A stretch of DNA of 63,574 nucleotides, counting the filler. It is 12 parts of 12 records of this genome, joined end to end, with 100 filler letters (N's around TTAATTAATTAA, not from the genome) between each part and the next. Parts side by side here need not be neighbours in the genome. Positions count along the whole stretch, not along the records: positions 35,529 to 44,755 come from SRR7504441_7870; positions 44,856 to 48,542 come from SRR7504441_7872; positions 48,643 to 52,531 come from SRR7504441_7875; 9 more parts are not named here. One strand, written 5' to 3'. This document shows positions 35,584-48,685 of this stretch, one piece after another (positions within the stretch are counted from its first letter, which is position 1; each line of letters begins with the position of its first letter). A model generated the notes under the pieces. It was not told the DNA's origin and made no database searches. It saw nothing but the letters and a program-made list of their open reading frames with translations. The position numbers were made by a program, and so were the translations under genes.

Positions 35584-37393
35584 TTAACTTAAATAATTAT
35601 TGTCGCTCTCCATTCGTGCATTCACAAGTTGGTTCCTCCATGGCTGGGTGAGATCGAGCTTATAAACTATGTTGTTGTACTCGTAGCGCGGCACTGCCAC
35701 GCTGCACCGCAGGCTCAGCCCAGGTGCCACTGGCTGGCGGCTGGCACCTGCATCCTTGGCCGCCATAGTCACTAAATGCGCAACTCCTGTCCTTGGGCTG
35801 TTTCTTCTGCGAGCTCCACATGGAGGTAAAGGTGCACGCAACATAGACTGCCTTCCCGCCGTCCTCGTCCAAGAACTGAAGCTGCAACGGATTGTAGCAC
35901 GAGGTGCCTGTGCCTGCGTGAGAGATGACTCTAACACACTCTCGCCACGGGCCAGTGACCGCCGGAGCTTCACAGTACCACAGCTCGCCGTAGTTACTCT
36001 CGCTGCTCGGACCCCCATCCATGCCTTTGTCTGCAATGAGGATGTACTTGTTCGCATACGGGTTCCAATTGACAGATCCACGTGCAAGCCCTCCAAGCAT
36101 TGGACGCGCCGTGGCTACATCAATGACCTGGTAGCGCGCATTCTCGGGGGCTAACCGTCCACTTTGGAGTGCGCTCCGTTCCTGCTGAGGGCCGAAGCTG
36201 TGCCAGCCGAGAGGGTTGTGCGTGACATTGTTAAAAGAGGATGTGGCAGGCCGCCACCGCCAGTCAGACATTGTTGTGCAATCAGGCGAATCGCAGGGGG
36301 TAAAGGTCTCATAGGCAGAGACGTTGATGATTGCGTCGAATGTGGCTGCGACTCGGTTATTGGCAAAGGGGTTGGCGTAGTAGACGTACCTGCGAGTAAA
36401 ATTCAATTAGCGTACAGTTGGTGGCGGCACTCACCCCGCGTCGGCGGCAGCTAGACCCATCACCCACTGGATGCCCGGCAACGAAGGGTAGTTGAGCACT
36501 GGCGTGAATTGCTCGTGCTCGTCGTCCCATTGTGCTATGCCCTGCGCGCCGCCTGGGCTTGGGCACACAAAGGTGGTGTACATCCTCTCCTCGCTCCCCT
36601 GCTTGATCACAGCAACAGAGCCGATCCAGGTGGACTCATTCAGCAACGGCCCCGGAAGCATCGGCTTCGGGTGAGTAAACCCATGAGGGTCCCAGATTCG
36701 GATCAGTTGCCGATTTGGGCGGCCGTCTGGGGCCATCCCTCCAGGATCATTTGGCGAGCTCGATGCGAAATAGTGCAGCGAAGCAGGTACGGTGCAGTTG
36801 GGGTCCGCACTCGGTACGCAGGACCAAGCCCCGGTGGTGAACCGGCCATAGTGCTGGCAGTCAGTATCGCGAGGCCCGGCAGGACACTCGCTGTCTCCAA
36901 AAAAGTAATACGCTCTCTTTTTGTACACAGCAGCCAGCAAGCTGTCCTGCCCTAGCACATTGGCGGCACCTATCAGCGGATCGGCGACCGGTACAGGAGC
37001 CCCGACTAGTACCGAGTCGCGGTACAGCCCGCCGCCTGTCATTCTGAACATCCGCTGGCCCGGCTGAGTGCGATTAAGCACCACTGTGGCCCGTCCGCCG
37101 GCCGAGGTGTCCACCAGCACCCCAGGCTCCGAGTTGGGGGTGCCGGGCAGCCAGTGGGCCAGCGTGTACCCATCGCTGAGCACTACAAAGTACACCGTCT
37201 GCCCGAGCAGCCCGGGCTCGTCGAACGCCACCACCCCGGCGCTGTCGGAGTAGTAAGAGATGTAGCTGGCTGTCTTGAGCTGGACCAGCGGGACCCCCCT
37301 GCCGGTCTCGCCGTCGATGCAGTCGATCCGAAAGTAGGCGCAGGTCGCGCATCTGCATAGTGCTAGCGCGAGTAACCAACCCAGCCGCTGCAT
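35584..37393 (-). CDS. Secreted protein of an uncharacterised bacterial-type family (beta-sandwich plus propeller-like), 2 introns
   Basis: Signal peptide; YFRIDCIDGETGRGVPLVQL, RMTGGGLYRDS, LGQDS, GELWYCEA..GPW, YNP, PRYEYNNIVYKLDL. Confidence 0.75.
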
Positions 37394-37503
37394 TGGCGAA
37401 CAGCGACTGCGAAAAGTTCAAAGCAGCTGACAAAACCAAAACTGGCCACCGCACACCGGCACCGGCAGCTTTGCCTTACGAAACCTGTTCGGGAGGTGGA
37501 GAG

Positions 37504-40277
37504 ATGATTGCCCGAGCTTTGGTATCGGCCCTGCTCTTGGCGGCCCTGGCCAATGCGGGGTGCACGGTCAAGCAGCCCGTATGCTACGTTGACACCTCCA
37601 GCCGTATTCTGGATCCGACCAATCTGGCCCAAGGCCCGATCAGCCTCGAGTATTGCGCCCAGCTCTGCGCCGACAAGAAGATGACTCTGGCCGGCGCCGA
37701 AAACGGGAACGAGTGCTACTGCGGGTCGGCGCTCGCAAGTGGGGCCAAGCCAGCACCTGCCAGCGATTGCTCGACCGGTTGCAACGGCGCTACCTCCGAG
37801 ATGTGCGGCGGGGACTGGCGGATTTCGGTTTTTAACGTCTCGTGCGCCGGAGCTCCAGTCCCGGCCCCCGCCACCCCGCCGCTGATGGCCAATCCCTGCC
37901 TGAGCTCTAAATACTCGGGGATGGCCTTCTGCGACTCAAAGCTTGAGTTGGACGAACGAGTGAACGACATGGTGTCTCGCATGACGCTAGCGGAGAAGAT
38001 CCCCAACATGGACTCGGGTGGGGCAGCCATCCCGTCTCTCGGGCTGAACGGGTACAACTGGTGGTCCGAGGCGTCAACTGGAGTGGCCTCGGGCCGCGAT
38101 ACTCAGACCACCAAGTTCGCGTTCCCGATCACCACTGGCATGAGCTTCAACAGGACGCTCTGGCAGCTCACTGGCCGCCAGATCGGGAGAGAGGCCCGCG
38201 CTATGATGAACGCGGGTAACGGTTATTCCACCTTCTGGGCGCCAGTCATAAACTTGGCCCGAGAGCCGCGGTGGGGTAGGAATATCGAAACGCCAGGTGA
38301 GGATCCTATGCTCTCCGGCGAGTATGCAGAGTGGTTTGTCAAAGGGATGGAGTCTTCGCCCGACGACCCTTACCACATCCAGGCATCGGCCTGCTGCAAG
38401 CATTACGCCGCCAACTCTATGGATGGTACCACTCAGAACGGAGTCCACAACGACCGGAACCATTTCGATGCGACCATTAGCCAGCAAGACCTGCTCGACT
38501 CGTATATGCTGCCGTTCCAGGCTTGCGTTGAGAAGGGCAAAGTGAGCGGCCTGATGGTGCGCCGCCCGCCGCCTTTAGTTAGTCTATCTGTTTCACCACA
38601 CAGCCGGTGCTGAGGAGTTGGGTTCCAGTGTAGCTACAACGCAATAAACGGCGTACCTTCGTGTGCGAACAACTGGCTCCAGAACACTGTGGCCCGCGAC
38701 AACTGGGTGCGCACCAGCCGCCTGGCCCTTCTGATCAAATGGCATTACAGGGCTTCGATGGGTATATTACGAGCGACTGTGACGCGGATAACGATGTTGT
38801 ATTTTCCCACCACTACACCGACATCCCGGAGCAGGGCGTCAAAGACGTGCTGGCGGCTGGTACTGACGTAGACTGCGGCGGTTTTGTGGGCAAGTACGCC
38901 CAGTCTGCGATTGACAAAAAGTACATCAGCGAGGCAGACCTAGACGCCCGGCTGCGCAAGATGTTCAGGGTCCGGATGCGGCTAGGCCACTTCGATCCAC
39001 CCGGCCCGCTGCAGCAGATCAAGACTTCGGAGATCTGCTCAGACTACGCGCTCGCACTCTCCCATGACGGTCCGACCCAGTCAAGCACTCTGCTCAAGAA
39101 CAGTGGCGCGCTTCCGATGACAGCCGGTGGCTCGGTGGCCGTGATTGGACCAAACGCCAATCTGAGTAAGAGCGATTCGGGCTATTATGGGCCAAGCAAT
39201 GTATGCGGTGGGAACTTTTTCAATCTGGTCGACGCCGTGGCCCAGCAGGCTGGCTCGGTTAGCACCACGCTCGGGGTGCCGTCGCCGCAATCTTCGGACA
39301 CGAGTGGGATCGCGGCTGCTGTGAGCATGGCGAAAGCGGCAGACACAGTGGTGCTCGGGGTGGGGACAGACCTCTCCTGGGCCGCCGAGGGGCACGACGC
39401 CACCAGCATCACCTTCACCGACGCGCAGAGCCAGCTGATTTCTCAAGTGGCCGCCGCTGCCAAGAAGCCAGTGATTGTTGTACTTTTCACAGCCACCCCA
39501 CTCGACATCTCCAGCCTGCTCGCCAACCCCAAGATAGGCGCTGTCCTGCACACTGGCCAGCCGAGCGTGACGGTGCTGGGACTGGATAAGCTGCTCTTCG
39601 GTCAGCGCTCACCTGCTGGCCGGATGATCCAGACTATCTACCCATCCTCTTACGCCGATCAGATCTCAATCTTCGACTTCAATATGCGTCCGGGCCCGTC
39701 TGCTTTCCCGCGGCCGGACTGCACCAAGCAGCCGCAGTCAAGCTGCCCGAATGGCACCAATCCTGGCAGAACCCACCGGTTCTACACCGACAAGCCGGTC
39801 GTGCCGTTTGGATTCGGTCTGAGCTACTCAACCTTCAGCTACAGCGTGTTCGAGCAGCCGACTGGCCCGGTCTCGCTAGCGCCGGTCGACGCACTGCTCA
39901 ACGAAACCATCCGGCGCCAGCTTGCGTTTCCGACCGCAGCGATGCTATCGGCCACTGCCCCGCTAGTCCAGTATGCAGTAAACGTGACCAACACCGGCAA
40001 GATGGACGCCGATGACGTGGTGCTCGGATTCCTGACTCCGCCCGGGGCTGGGAAGAATGGCGTGCCGCTCCAGACCTTGTTCGGGTTCGAGAGGGTGCAC
40101 GTCAAGGCCGGCGAGACCGTCTCAGTCTACCTGTATCCCGCGCTGACCGACTTCACGCACGTTGGGCTGACCGGAGAGCGGAGCCCAATGGCCGGTGAGT
40201 ACACCGTTCGGTTTGGCGTCAAGCAGACTGCTGAGCACGGGATGGGCTTTGCCGAAGCCAAGCTCTCGATGCATTGA
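37504..40277 (+). CDS. WSC-domain plus GH3 beta-xylosidase with Fn3-like C-terminus (2 introns)
   Basis: Signal peptide; WSC (YCAQLC..AGAENGNECYCG..MCGG); YNWWSEA, REPRWGRNIETPGEDP, CKHY, M/CSYN, GYITSDC, AEGHD, FGFGLSYSTF. Confidence 0.93.
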
Positions 40278-40476
40278 TCATGAGCTCTGCGTTGTTTCTC
40301 AAACATGTGTAAATATGTGTGAACAATTACATGTACATGTATGACAATTCTATACTCTAGTGACTCAGTCTGGCGTAACTCGCGTAAGTCTAGCGCACCG
40401 GGGACAGAGGCCTTTGAGTGCTCGTTGGAGAGCTGGGAAGCTTATTCATAGCATAGGAAGCTCGTTAGTAGCTAGA

Positions 40477-41980
40477 TCAATCTTCAGCATCAGCAGCTTG
40501 CAATAGTTTGCTGATGTGGCCGTTGCCCAGGGCCCAAAATATCTTGCTGATGGGGCCGATGTGATACCCCTGAGCAAGCCCAAAATCAGCACGCACACTC
40601 GGCTGGCTGGCCGATCACCCGAACGAACAGTTGAGGCACGCTGTCTAGCCCCGTGCGCTCTAGCAGGCCGGCTTGCAGCGCCGCCCCATCGGCCAACTGG
40701 TCCAATTCTACCACCTCCACGGGCACCCCCAGCTCGGCGAGCGCCTGCTTTACCCGGGCGCATTTGGCGCAGCTGCTCTTGGAGTACACCAGCACCGGGT
40801 GCGTAGTCACCTCGCGCTCGATCCGCGCCTCAATCCCTGGTCGCTCCTGGCCGAGTACCGATCGCGAGTCTGTCCATAGATCGTCCGACTGGATGGCGTT
40901 CCAAACCTTGCCCATCGTCGGCCAGTTTCGTTTTTTTGCAAAGAACTTGTTCAGATACACAAACACTGTGTTGCACAGCAGCGACCGCACCCTCTTCCTG
41001 ATTACTGGGTCGTCAGTCCTGCGCAGGAGGCCCTCGAAGATCTCGGGGGCGTAGCGGTTGTACAGGAAGGGTTCACCCCGATGCTCTGCATCTTTGCGGG
41101 TTGACAGCTGAAAGACTGCGTGGTGCATTGCAGGTCCGAGCTCGAACGGTATGTCCGCTTCAGGCTCCATGAGAAGGCACATCAGATTGGCGTCCAATTC
41201 CATCAGCACGCCGTGAATGTGCGATTCCATCGCTGCCTCCGCACTTACCGCATACTCCGGCGGTAGGACTATACTGGCCTCCAAGCATGGCTGGACTGGA
41301 AAGCTCCAATCCGGCGGCGGATAGAACAGCGCGTCAAGCCCCATCGGCTGCGGCTGCTTCCGGAAGAGCTCCACCAGCCGAGACGCACACTCCATCGAGT
41401 CGCCCACCGGCCGGATATACGGCAGGTAGAGCGGGTCGTCCTCCGCGCATTCGTACGGGAGCCGCCCGCGCAGAAGCTCCAGCGCCCGGCCGAGCACATG
41501 CCCTGCCTTGTACAGCCTGCCTTGGTCGGACGCAGCTGGGCCGTCGTACAGCCTAGATGCCATGTGGACGGTGCGGATCACCGCGTAGAGGAAGGGGGCG
41601 GCCGGTGCCAGCCGGGCGGTCTGCATTTCGACGAAGTCTATAGCCTGCAGCAGAGCCGAGCTGGAGCAGGCCAGCTGCCCAAGGCAGCGCAGGGGCCAGG
41701 CCCCGACCAGCGCAGGATCCCTTCGCTCGATGTGCGTTAATGCCGTGTACAAGCCCTGGAACCCCACAAGCCCTGGTGCTTCGCGCTCCATTGCAATGGC
41801 AACCGGCTCCTGATCCTGCAGCTGTCCGGTGCAACTGACTTTGCATCTTGATACGAACGCGTACCGTATACGCCTGCAGCTGGCCATGGCCATGGAGTTG
41901 CTGCAGGCGCCTTGTGTGAGCTTCATGAGGCCATGGACTGTGCACATGGCTTCAGGGTTGACCGCCGCAGACTGCCGCAT
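40477..41980 (-). CDS. Fusion protein: F-box-like motif, cullin-repeat-like helices and C-terminal glutaredoxin (1 intron; start may be 41791)
   Basis: VLVYSKSSCAKC...SVPQLFVR/GYHIG glutaredoxin fold; upstream HAVFQLSTRK..LYNRY and VFVYLNKFFAKKRNWPT resemble cullin repeat 1. Confidence 0.7.
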
Positions 41981-42275
41981 ACGTGGTGTGCCAGCATCAT
42001 GCCAGCTGCCGGTTCGTTGGCTACTCGAGCCGTACTAAAGCTGCGTAGTTATGCGGCGAATTAAGCTTACGTATAACAAAATTTTATGCTAACACTTGTT
42101 CAATTGATTTTACAATTGATTTCGCCTTTAAAACTCAATTAAACCCTAGTAGCCCCAGCAACAGATCCTCCAGAATGCAATCACATAGGCGCATTGCAAC
42201 AAGTAATCATTTTTAAAGTAACAACAGTTGTGTGGTCCGAAGGAGTCCCGAAGGACACTCGGAATACTCGGCTAA

Positions 42276-44616
42276 TCACCACGGCGGTTCGGCAAAGAAA
42301 CTGACGTTTCCAGGTCCATAGTCGAGCAGACGGGCCGATCGTGGGTCCTCCGTGTCACTGGTCATCACATGGTTGCCCACGAGAGCTCCATTGCAACCCC
42401 AGCCGTTGCCGTTGCCTTCGATTGAGTTCTCTGCAATGAAGTTGTCTGTTGCGCCGTTATCCTTCATTCCTCCGAGCGAGATCGCGCCGCCATTTGATCT
42501 GAATTTGTTCCCGATTATCCAGTTGTCCTTGGTCGGGTACTCGCCTGGGTCCTTGCCTCCGAGATTAGTGTAGAAGCCGATCCCAAACGTGTTGTTAGTG
42601 ATCTCGTTGTCCACGATAATGTTGTTGCTCGCACCCTCCTCGATAAAGACTCCGCACCGATGGTTGTTCGCTAGTCGATTATTTCGGACCATCACGTTAG
42701 CCGACATGCTGTCAAGGTCGACGCCATCGGCGCTGTTGTCGTGCAGATAGCTATCAGTGATCAGCACCTTCTGGCTTGGTGTCTGGCTCCACACACCCCG
42801 GTTGGATCCAAAGCTCTCGACGTGCCGGATCTCGATTCCAGGCCCCGCGCCGAACCAGTGGATGTTACCCTGCCCGCAACCCGAGGCTGTCAAGTTTTGC
42901 ACCAGCGTGTTTGAGCAGCCCTCGCAAGAAATGGCAAACGCGGTGTCACCGGAGTCGCAAGTGTACCGGCCGCCCGTCACGCTCACAAACGCGCTGCCCT
43001 TGATCAGAATCAGTGAGCACCGCCCAAACTTGCACTCAGCCGCCGACTGGTTGGCGGCGACCAGGTCGCCATGCACGCTGCCGTTGAGCCGGAAGTGAAG
43101 CCGCGATGGTAAAATCAGCGGCTTGTCAGCCTGCAGCAGATGAGGCTCAGCCTCGAGCAGGGGTGATGCTGGGGTGGCACTAACGCAGGGAGGGCCAGGG
43201 CGCATGTGGTACCACGTAGTCGCCAGTCACAGTAAGCACGCGCATGGTGCTGGCATTCGCGTCCAGACCTGGAAGCCCGGCAATTGGATTTGCCAGGCGA
43301 GTGTCGATGAGTTGCTGAAGCGATGACCACCTCCGCCCGATGAATATCTTTCCGAGGTAGCCATCAATGACATCGAGGTGCGTGCAGTTGTTTAAGCATT
43401 GCTGCGGCGGCTGGGGCTGCTGCCTGACAGGCTGGACTAATGTGAAGGTATAATCGTTCTGATACCCAGCTGGTGGCTGATGTGCGCTGGTGGGCGGCGG
43501 CTGGGCCCCGCTGGTCAGGTGGCTGATGTAACCCCTCTCGTCGAAGATCAAGTGTGGCCGCTCTCGTCTTTGCAGCAGCACTAGGGTGCCATCAGTGTAC
43601 TCAACGCGGTTGGTGAACGGAACTACCTCACTATAATACCAGGTGACTGCATCCAAGCTGAAAGCGTGCCCGCCAAAGGTGGCATGGTCGTGAAAGATCG
43701 CGTGATACGACACCTCGTCGGGCCGGTCAGGCCAGGGCTGGGTGTACAGCACAGGGTCCTCCACCCCGTGCGCCCGTGCGAAGCTCGCATTCCCTAACAC
43801 TGACCCACTGATAGAAGACTGGTAGCGGGGCTGGTCCCAACGGGCGGCCCGTGCCAGATGGATATCGTACCAATGGTCGCCGCCACGCCACATCATCACT
43901 GCTGACCCGTTGGCGAACACCAGCGGGGCCGGGTTGATGTCGCCAGGGGCTCCAGCCGCCGGATTCAGGTCAGCTACCGCATGCTGCCAGCCTGCGTCCG
44001 CCAGTCCGGGACCGCGCGACACCCACGCCTGGACTGGCACTTGCCGGCCGTCCTGCTTGAACCCACCCGGGCAGCATCGTGCTGGGGAGTACCCGCCCGC
44101 GCAGTCGGTCCGGGCGGGAGCCGACGAGTTGGCGTCTCCGATCGAGTAAAGCAGCCAGCGGCCGTCAGCCAGCCGCTGAAGGACCGGCTCGTGCGCAAAC
44201 GCCGGCTTAATCTGCTCCTCGACGATATACTGGCCATCCGGGCTGTCGCTGGAGGCCCTGACGATCCGGGAGTTTGTCTCCCAAGCCCCGATCCCGCAGT
44301 GGTTGGTCATCTCTGCAGCGAACATCTGCCATCGCTGGCTCACCGGGCAGAACCACACCGAGCCGCCCCACGAGCTGCTGTTGGCAGTGTGCGAGCCGGG
44401 GGCGTGCAGCCCGGCGCCCGGCGTGGCTGGGATCAGCGCGAGCTGGCCGCAGGTGGGTCCGGTCCAGGCGGCCAGGCAGCCGCAGATGCCCTGTTGGCAG
44501 CGGCCGTTTAGGTTGCAGTCCAGGTCCGATTGGCACGGGGTGCTTACTCGGGGTGCTGATCCGAGAGCCCCAAGCCCCGAGGCCACCGCCAGCAGGCAAT
44601 ACAGGGACGTCGCCAT
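42276..44616 (-). CDS. Secreted EGF-like + five-bladed propeller glycosidase-like + right-handed beta-helix protein (one 82-nt intron)
   Basis: DCNLNGRC..CGCLAAWTGPTC; SSWGG, AHEP, NPAP, VEDP, RERP motifs; C-terminal PbH1-like repeats (HDNSADGVDLDSMSANVMVRNN, GVFIEEGASNNIIVDN). Confidence 0.78.
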
Positions 44617-44855
44617 CGAACAAAGCCCAAGGTGGCGGGGCGGGTGGCGAGCTGGAATTTTCTGGCGCTGCAGCTGCAGCTGACAGTGAGGTGATCCCGG
44701 GGAGGGGGAAGTCGTCTGGGGTGCAGTGTGGGCCGATTTGGGAGGTGTGGCCCGGNNNNNNNNNNNNNNNNNNNNNNNNNNNNNNNNNNNNNNNNNNNNT
44801 TAATTAATTAANNNNNNNNNNNNNNNNNNNNNNNNNNNNNNNNNNNNNNNNNNNN

Positions 44856-47800
44856 GCAAGGGCGGCAAGGGCAAGGTGGCGCCTGTGGTGGTCGAGAAAC
44901 AGAACGTGCCGAGGCGGCCGGCGCCGGGCCGACGGGCTGGCAGGTGACTCTGAGTGCCGACCACGAGGACGCGCTGCTCGACTTGCTGGACTCTATGGAC
45001 CTCGAGCAGCTCCAGCCGGGCCAGGGCGGGCTCGACAGCTGCAGCCGGCTCAAGAGACCCAACGTTCGGAAAGACCATCTGGATTTCGCGGTGCGGTGCA
45101 GCCACGGTGCGGCTGGCGAAGGCCCGGAAGGTGATGGCCGCCCGCGGGGGGCTGCGCTCGGCGGAGGAGCTGCAGCAGATCGCCAGCGCCAAGCTCGAGA
45201 ACAAGCGGTGCCGGAGGTCTGGGCCAGGTGCGCTGACGGTGAGTGCAGCTTCATCCAAATGCAGCAGCAGCGGCACCGGCTGCCGTCCTGGTCGGTGGCC
45301 GCCGAGCTGGTGGACCTCGTGGCCAACAACCAGGCAGCCCTGGGCACGGTCGCCTGGCGAGCCCGGCCAGGTTGTGGTGGTGTCGGGGGAGACCGGCTGC
45401 GGTAAGACAACACAGTGCCCGCAGTTTTTGCTGGATGAGGCCATCTCGGCCGGCTGGGGCGACTACTGCCGGATCCTGTGCACCCAGCCCCGGCGGATAT
45501 CAGCGGTCGGGGTGGCGTCCAGGGTGGCTGAGGAGAGGGTGGAGTCGCTCGGAGAGTCGGTGCCGACCTTTGCTTGTCCGCACTTGATATATCGAATGTG
45601 GTCAGGTAGGCTATCAGATTCGGCTTGAACGAAAGGTCACTCCGGAGACCCGGCTCATCTTCATGACTACCGGGATTCTGCTCCGGCGGCTGGCAGCTGA
45701 CCCGGAATTGGTTGGCGTGACACATGTGATAGTGGACGAAGTTCATGAGCGCAGCCTCGACTCGGATTTCCTGCTGATTATTGTCAGGGATTTGCTCCCG
45801 CGGCGGCCGGATCTCCGGCTGATCCTGATGTCGGCCACCATCAATGCGGAGCAGTTCTCGCGGTACTTTAACGGGGCCCCGATGATGCACATCAAGGGCC
45901 GGACTTACCCTGTGACTGAGCACTTCTTGGAGGATGTCGTGGAGATGACCAGATATAAGTGCGACAGAGGGACTCAGTATGGCAAGAAGCCTCTGGCCGG
46001 GCAGGCCAAGGCAGTGCGGAACCAATCTGGGGTGGAGGTGGTGCAGGATGTACAGGCCCGCGGAGGCAAGGGCAAGCGGCACTATTCTGAATCCACGCTG
46101 AGCACGCTCGACTCTATGGATCAGGAAAAGATCAACAACGAGCTGATCCAGACGCTGGTGGCCCAGCTGACCAATTCGGACAAGCCCGGCGCGGTCCTGG
46201 TGTTCTTGCCGGGCCTGATGGAGATCAGGACATTGTTTGATGCTATTTCACAGGACCGGCAGCGATTTCCGCCGGGCAAGACAATGGTGCGTGCCAGTGG
46301 GTCTGAATGCGTGAGCCAGTGGGTAGGTGCTGGCGTTGCACTCGTCACTCTCAACTGAGCAGCAGCAGAGAGTGTTTGCGCACCCGCCTCCAGGGGTTAG
46401 GAAAGTGATTATCTCGACAAATATTGCAGAGACGAGTATCACAATAGATGATGTCCGGTTCGTGATCGACGCGGGCAAAGTGAAAGAGAACCGGTACGAT
46501 CCTCAGAATCAGATGCCTGCACTTGTTGAGACCTGGGAGAGCCAAGCTTCCGCAAGACAGCGCCGTGGTCGGGCTGGTCGTGTGGCAGAGGGAGAAGCGT
46601 TCTATTTGTTCACCAGAGCGACGCATTCGAACATGGATGCATACCAGACCCCGGAGATCATGCGAGTGCCGCTTTCGGAGCTCTGCTTGCAGGTGCCCAT
46701 TCGGTGACAGGCCTAGCAGTATGGCCGGTCCAGGTAAAAGCACTCGAGATTGGCGAGCCTCGAGAGTTCCTCGGGAAGGCAATGCAGCCGCCAGAGCCAG
46801 CTGCTGTTCAGGCCGCGCTCGATACGCTCTCTGAGATTGCTGCTATCGATAATGATGGCGAGCTAACCCCACTTGGGCTTCACCTCTCCGCGTTGCCGGT
46901 GGACGTTCGAATAGGCAAGATGATCTTGTACGGCGCACTATTCAGGTGCCTTGACCCAGTGCTCACAATCGCAGCCACAATGAGCTTCAAGTCGCCTTTT
47001 GTCTCGCCGATCGATAAAAGAAACGAGGCCGACGAGGCCAAAGAGAAGTTCGCAGTCGGTCGATCCGACCACCTGACTGCCCTGAATGCGTACAATCAGT
47101 GGCACCATCAAAAGCGGCAGCGAGGTGGAGCGGAGTGGGACTTCTGTAGACAGAATTTTCTGTCGGGTCAAACACTCAAAATGATCAGCGAGATGAAGGG
47201 CCAGCTGACGGAGCTGCTCTGTGACATTGACTTTGTTTGGTCCGAAGGCAAGACCGGCCGCTCATTCTTCTGTGCCGAGCCATCAGGCGGCGAATGGTTT
47301 AACGAGAACTCGAACGACCTCAAGCTGGTCAAGGGTGTGCTGGTGACTAGCCCTGTGCACTGGCTGTCACGCCAGCCGGCCAGGTGGCTGGGCTGTATCC
47401 CCGAGTAGCCTCGGTGACGGCGGCACCGGATGGCAAACCACCCAAAATCAAGACGCGGCGTGACGGGGATGTGATGATCCACCCGTCTTCCGTTAACTTC
47501 GAGAGGAGCAAGTTTGAGTCGCCCTGGCTGGTGTATCACGAAAAGGTGCACCCCCTGTGCCGCTTGACTGCTGAGTAATGATAACCCAGGTGAGGACGTC
47601 GGCGATCTTCCTGCGCGATTCGTCGATGGTCAGTCCGTACTCGCTGATCTTGTTTGGCGGCCGGATCTTCCTTGAAGAGAAGAAAAACATGCTCAAAGTT
47701 GATAACTGGATCAAGTTCAAGATGGACGCGCAGGAGAGTCACGTGATCAAGGCATTCAGACTGGCGCTCGACCGGTGCATGCCCCTCCCACAGCACGGAC

Positions 47801-48233
47801 TGATGGACTGACTGCTGTTGCAGGCTTTTGCTCTATCGGATCGAACACCCAGGGCAACATGCAGCGCCGGCCATGGAGGAGACTATACGAGGGATAATCC
47901 AACTGATCGACTCGGAGCCGCATCCCGACCTGGAGCATGTGCGCCGCCTCCATCGGGCCACCTCACTGGCTGGTGCAGGTGCAGTGGCAAGCAGTCGAAC
48001 CATACTCCCGGGCTGGCGAGCGAGAAGGGGCTGCCGCTGAGCAGCAGGCTTCGGATGTGGACTCAAGGCGCACCAAGCCGAAGCAATCCGGACCCAAGCA
48101 AACCTCGCATGCTGCGGATTTGCCGAAGCCCAAATCGGTGCCAAAGCCAAACAACAAAGCCTCCAAGAAATCGAAGGGCGGAACAATTGCAACAAAGTCC
48201 GCTAGTTTGCCTCCTGGATTGGGTTATTCCTAG
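44856..48233 (+). CDS. DEAH-box RNA helicase, DHX57/DHX36/DHX29 group (5' truncated, about 10 introns)
   Basis: [56 protein letters not shown]2 (LTPLG..LPVD) and OB (IHPSSVN) domains. Confidence 0.95.
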
Positions 48234-48373
48234 TTATTCCTAACGTGTTTACAACAGTTGTCGAGAATTAAAATCACACTTTGGAAGTTCTATAGTCTAT
48301 TTACTCACTTGAGTATAATTACTTGAGTATAATTATAACGGCATGCACGGCTTTCCATCGCACCCGGGACCCC

Positions 48374-48542
48374 ATGACCTCTCCGGAACTGCGGATGATT
48401 GCCGCGTGCGCTGATGGGGACCTGGCGTCGGCCCAGCAGCTGGTCGAGTCCCACCCGAGCCTGGTCACTTGTCTGGACAACAGCGGACTCCAGCCGCTGC
48501 ATCACGCCTGCCGCAATGGCCACCTGGAGGTGGCGCAGTGGC
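48374..48542 (+). CDS. Ankyrin-repeat protein, 5' fragment
   Basis: ACADGDL...GLQPLHHACRNGHLEVAQW. Confidence 0.85.
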
Positions 48543-48685
48543 NNNNNNNNNNNNNNNNNNNNNNNNNNNNNNNNNNNNNNNNNNNNTTAATTAATTAANN
48601 NNNNNNNNNNNNNNNNNNNNNNNNNNNNNNNNNNNNNNNNNNTCTAATTAATTCCGGATATATCGACACCTATTAAATCGTGGAT

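Noticed and set aside
48307-48334. 14-nt tandem duplication ACTTGAGTATAATT
   Set aside because: Simple local slippage with no element structure.
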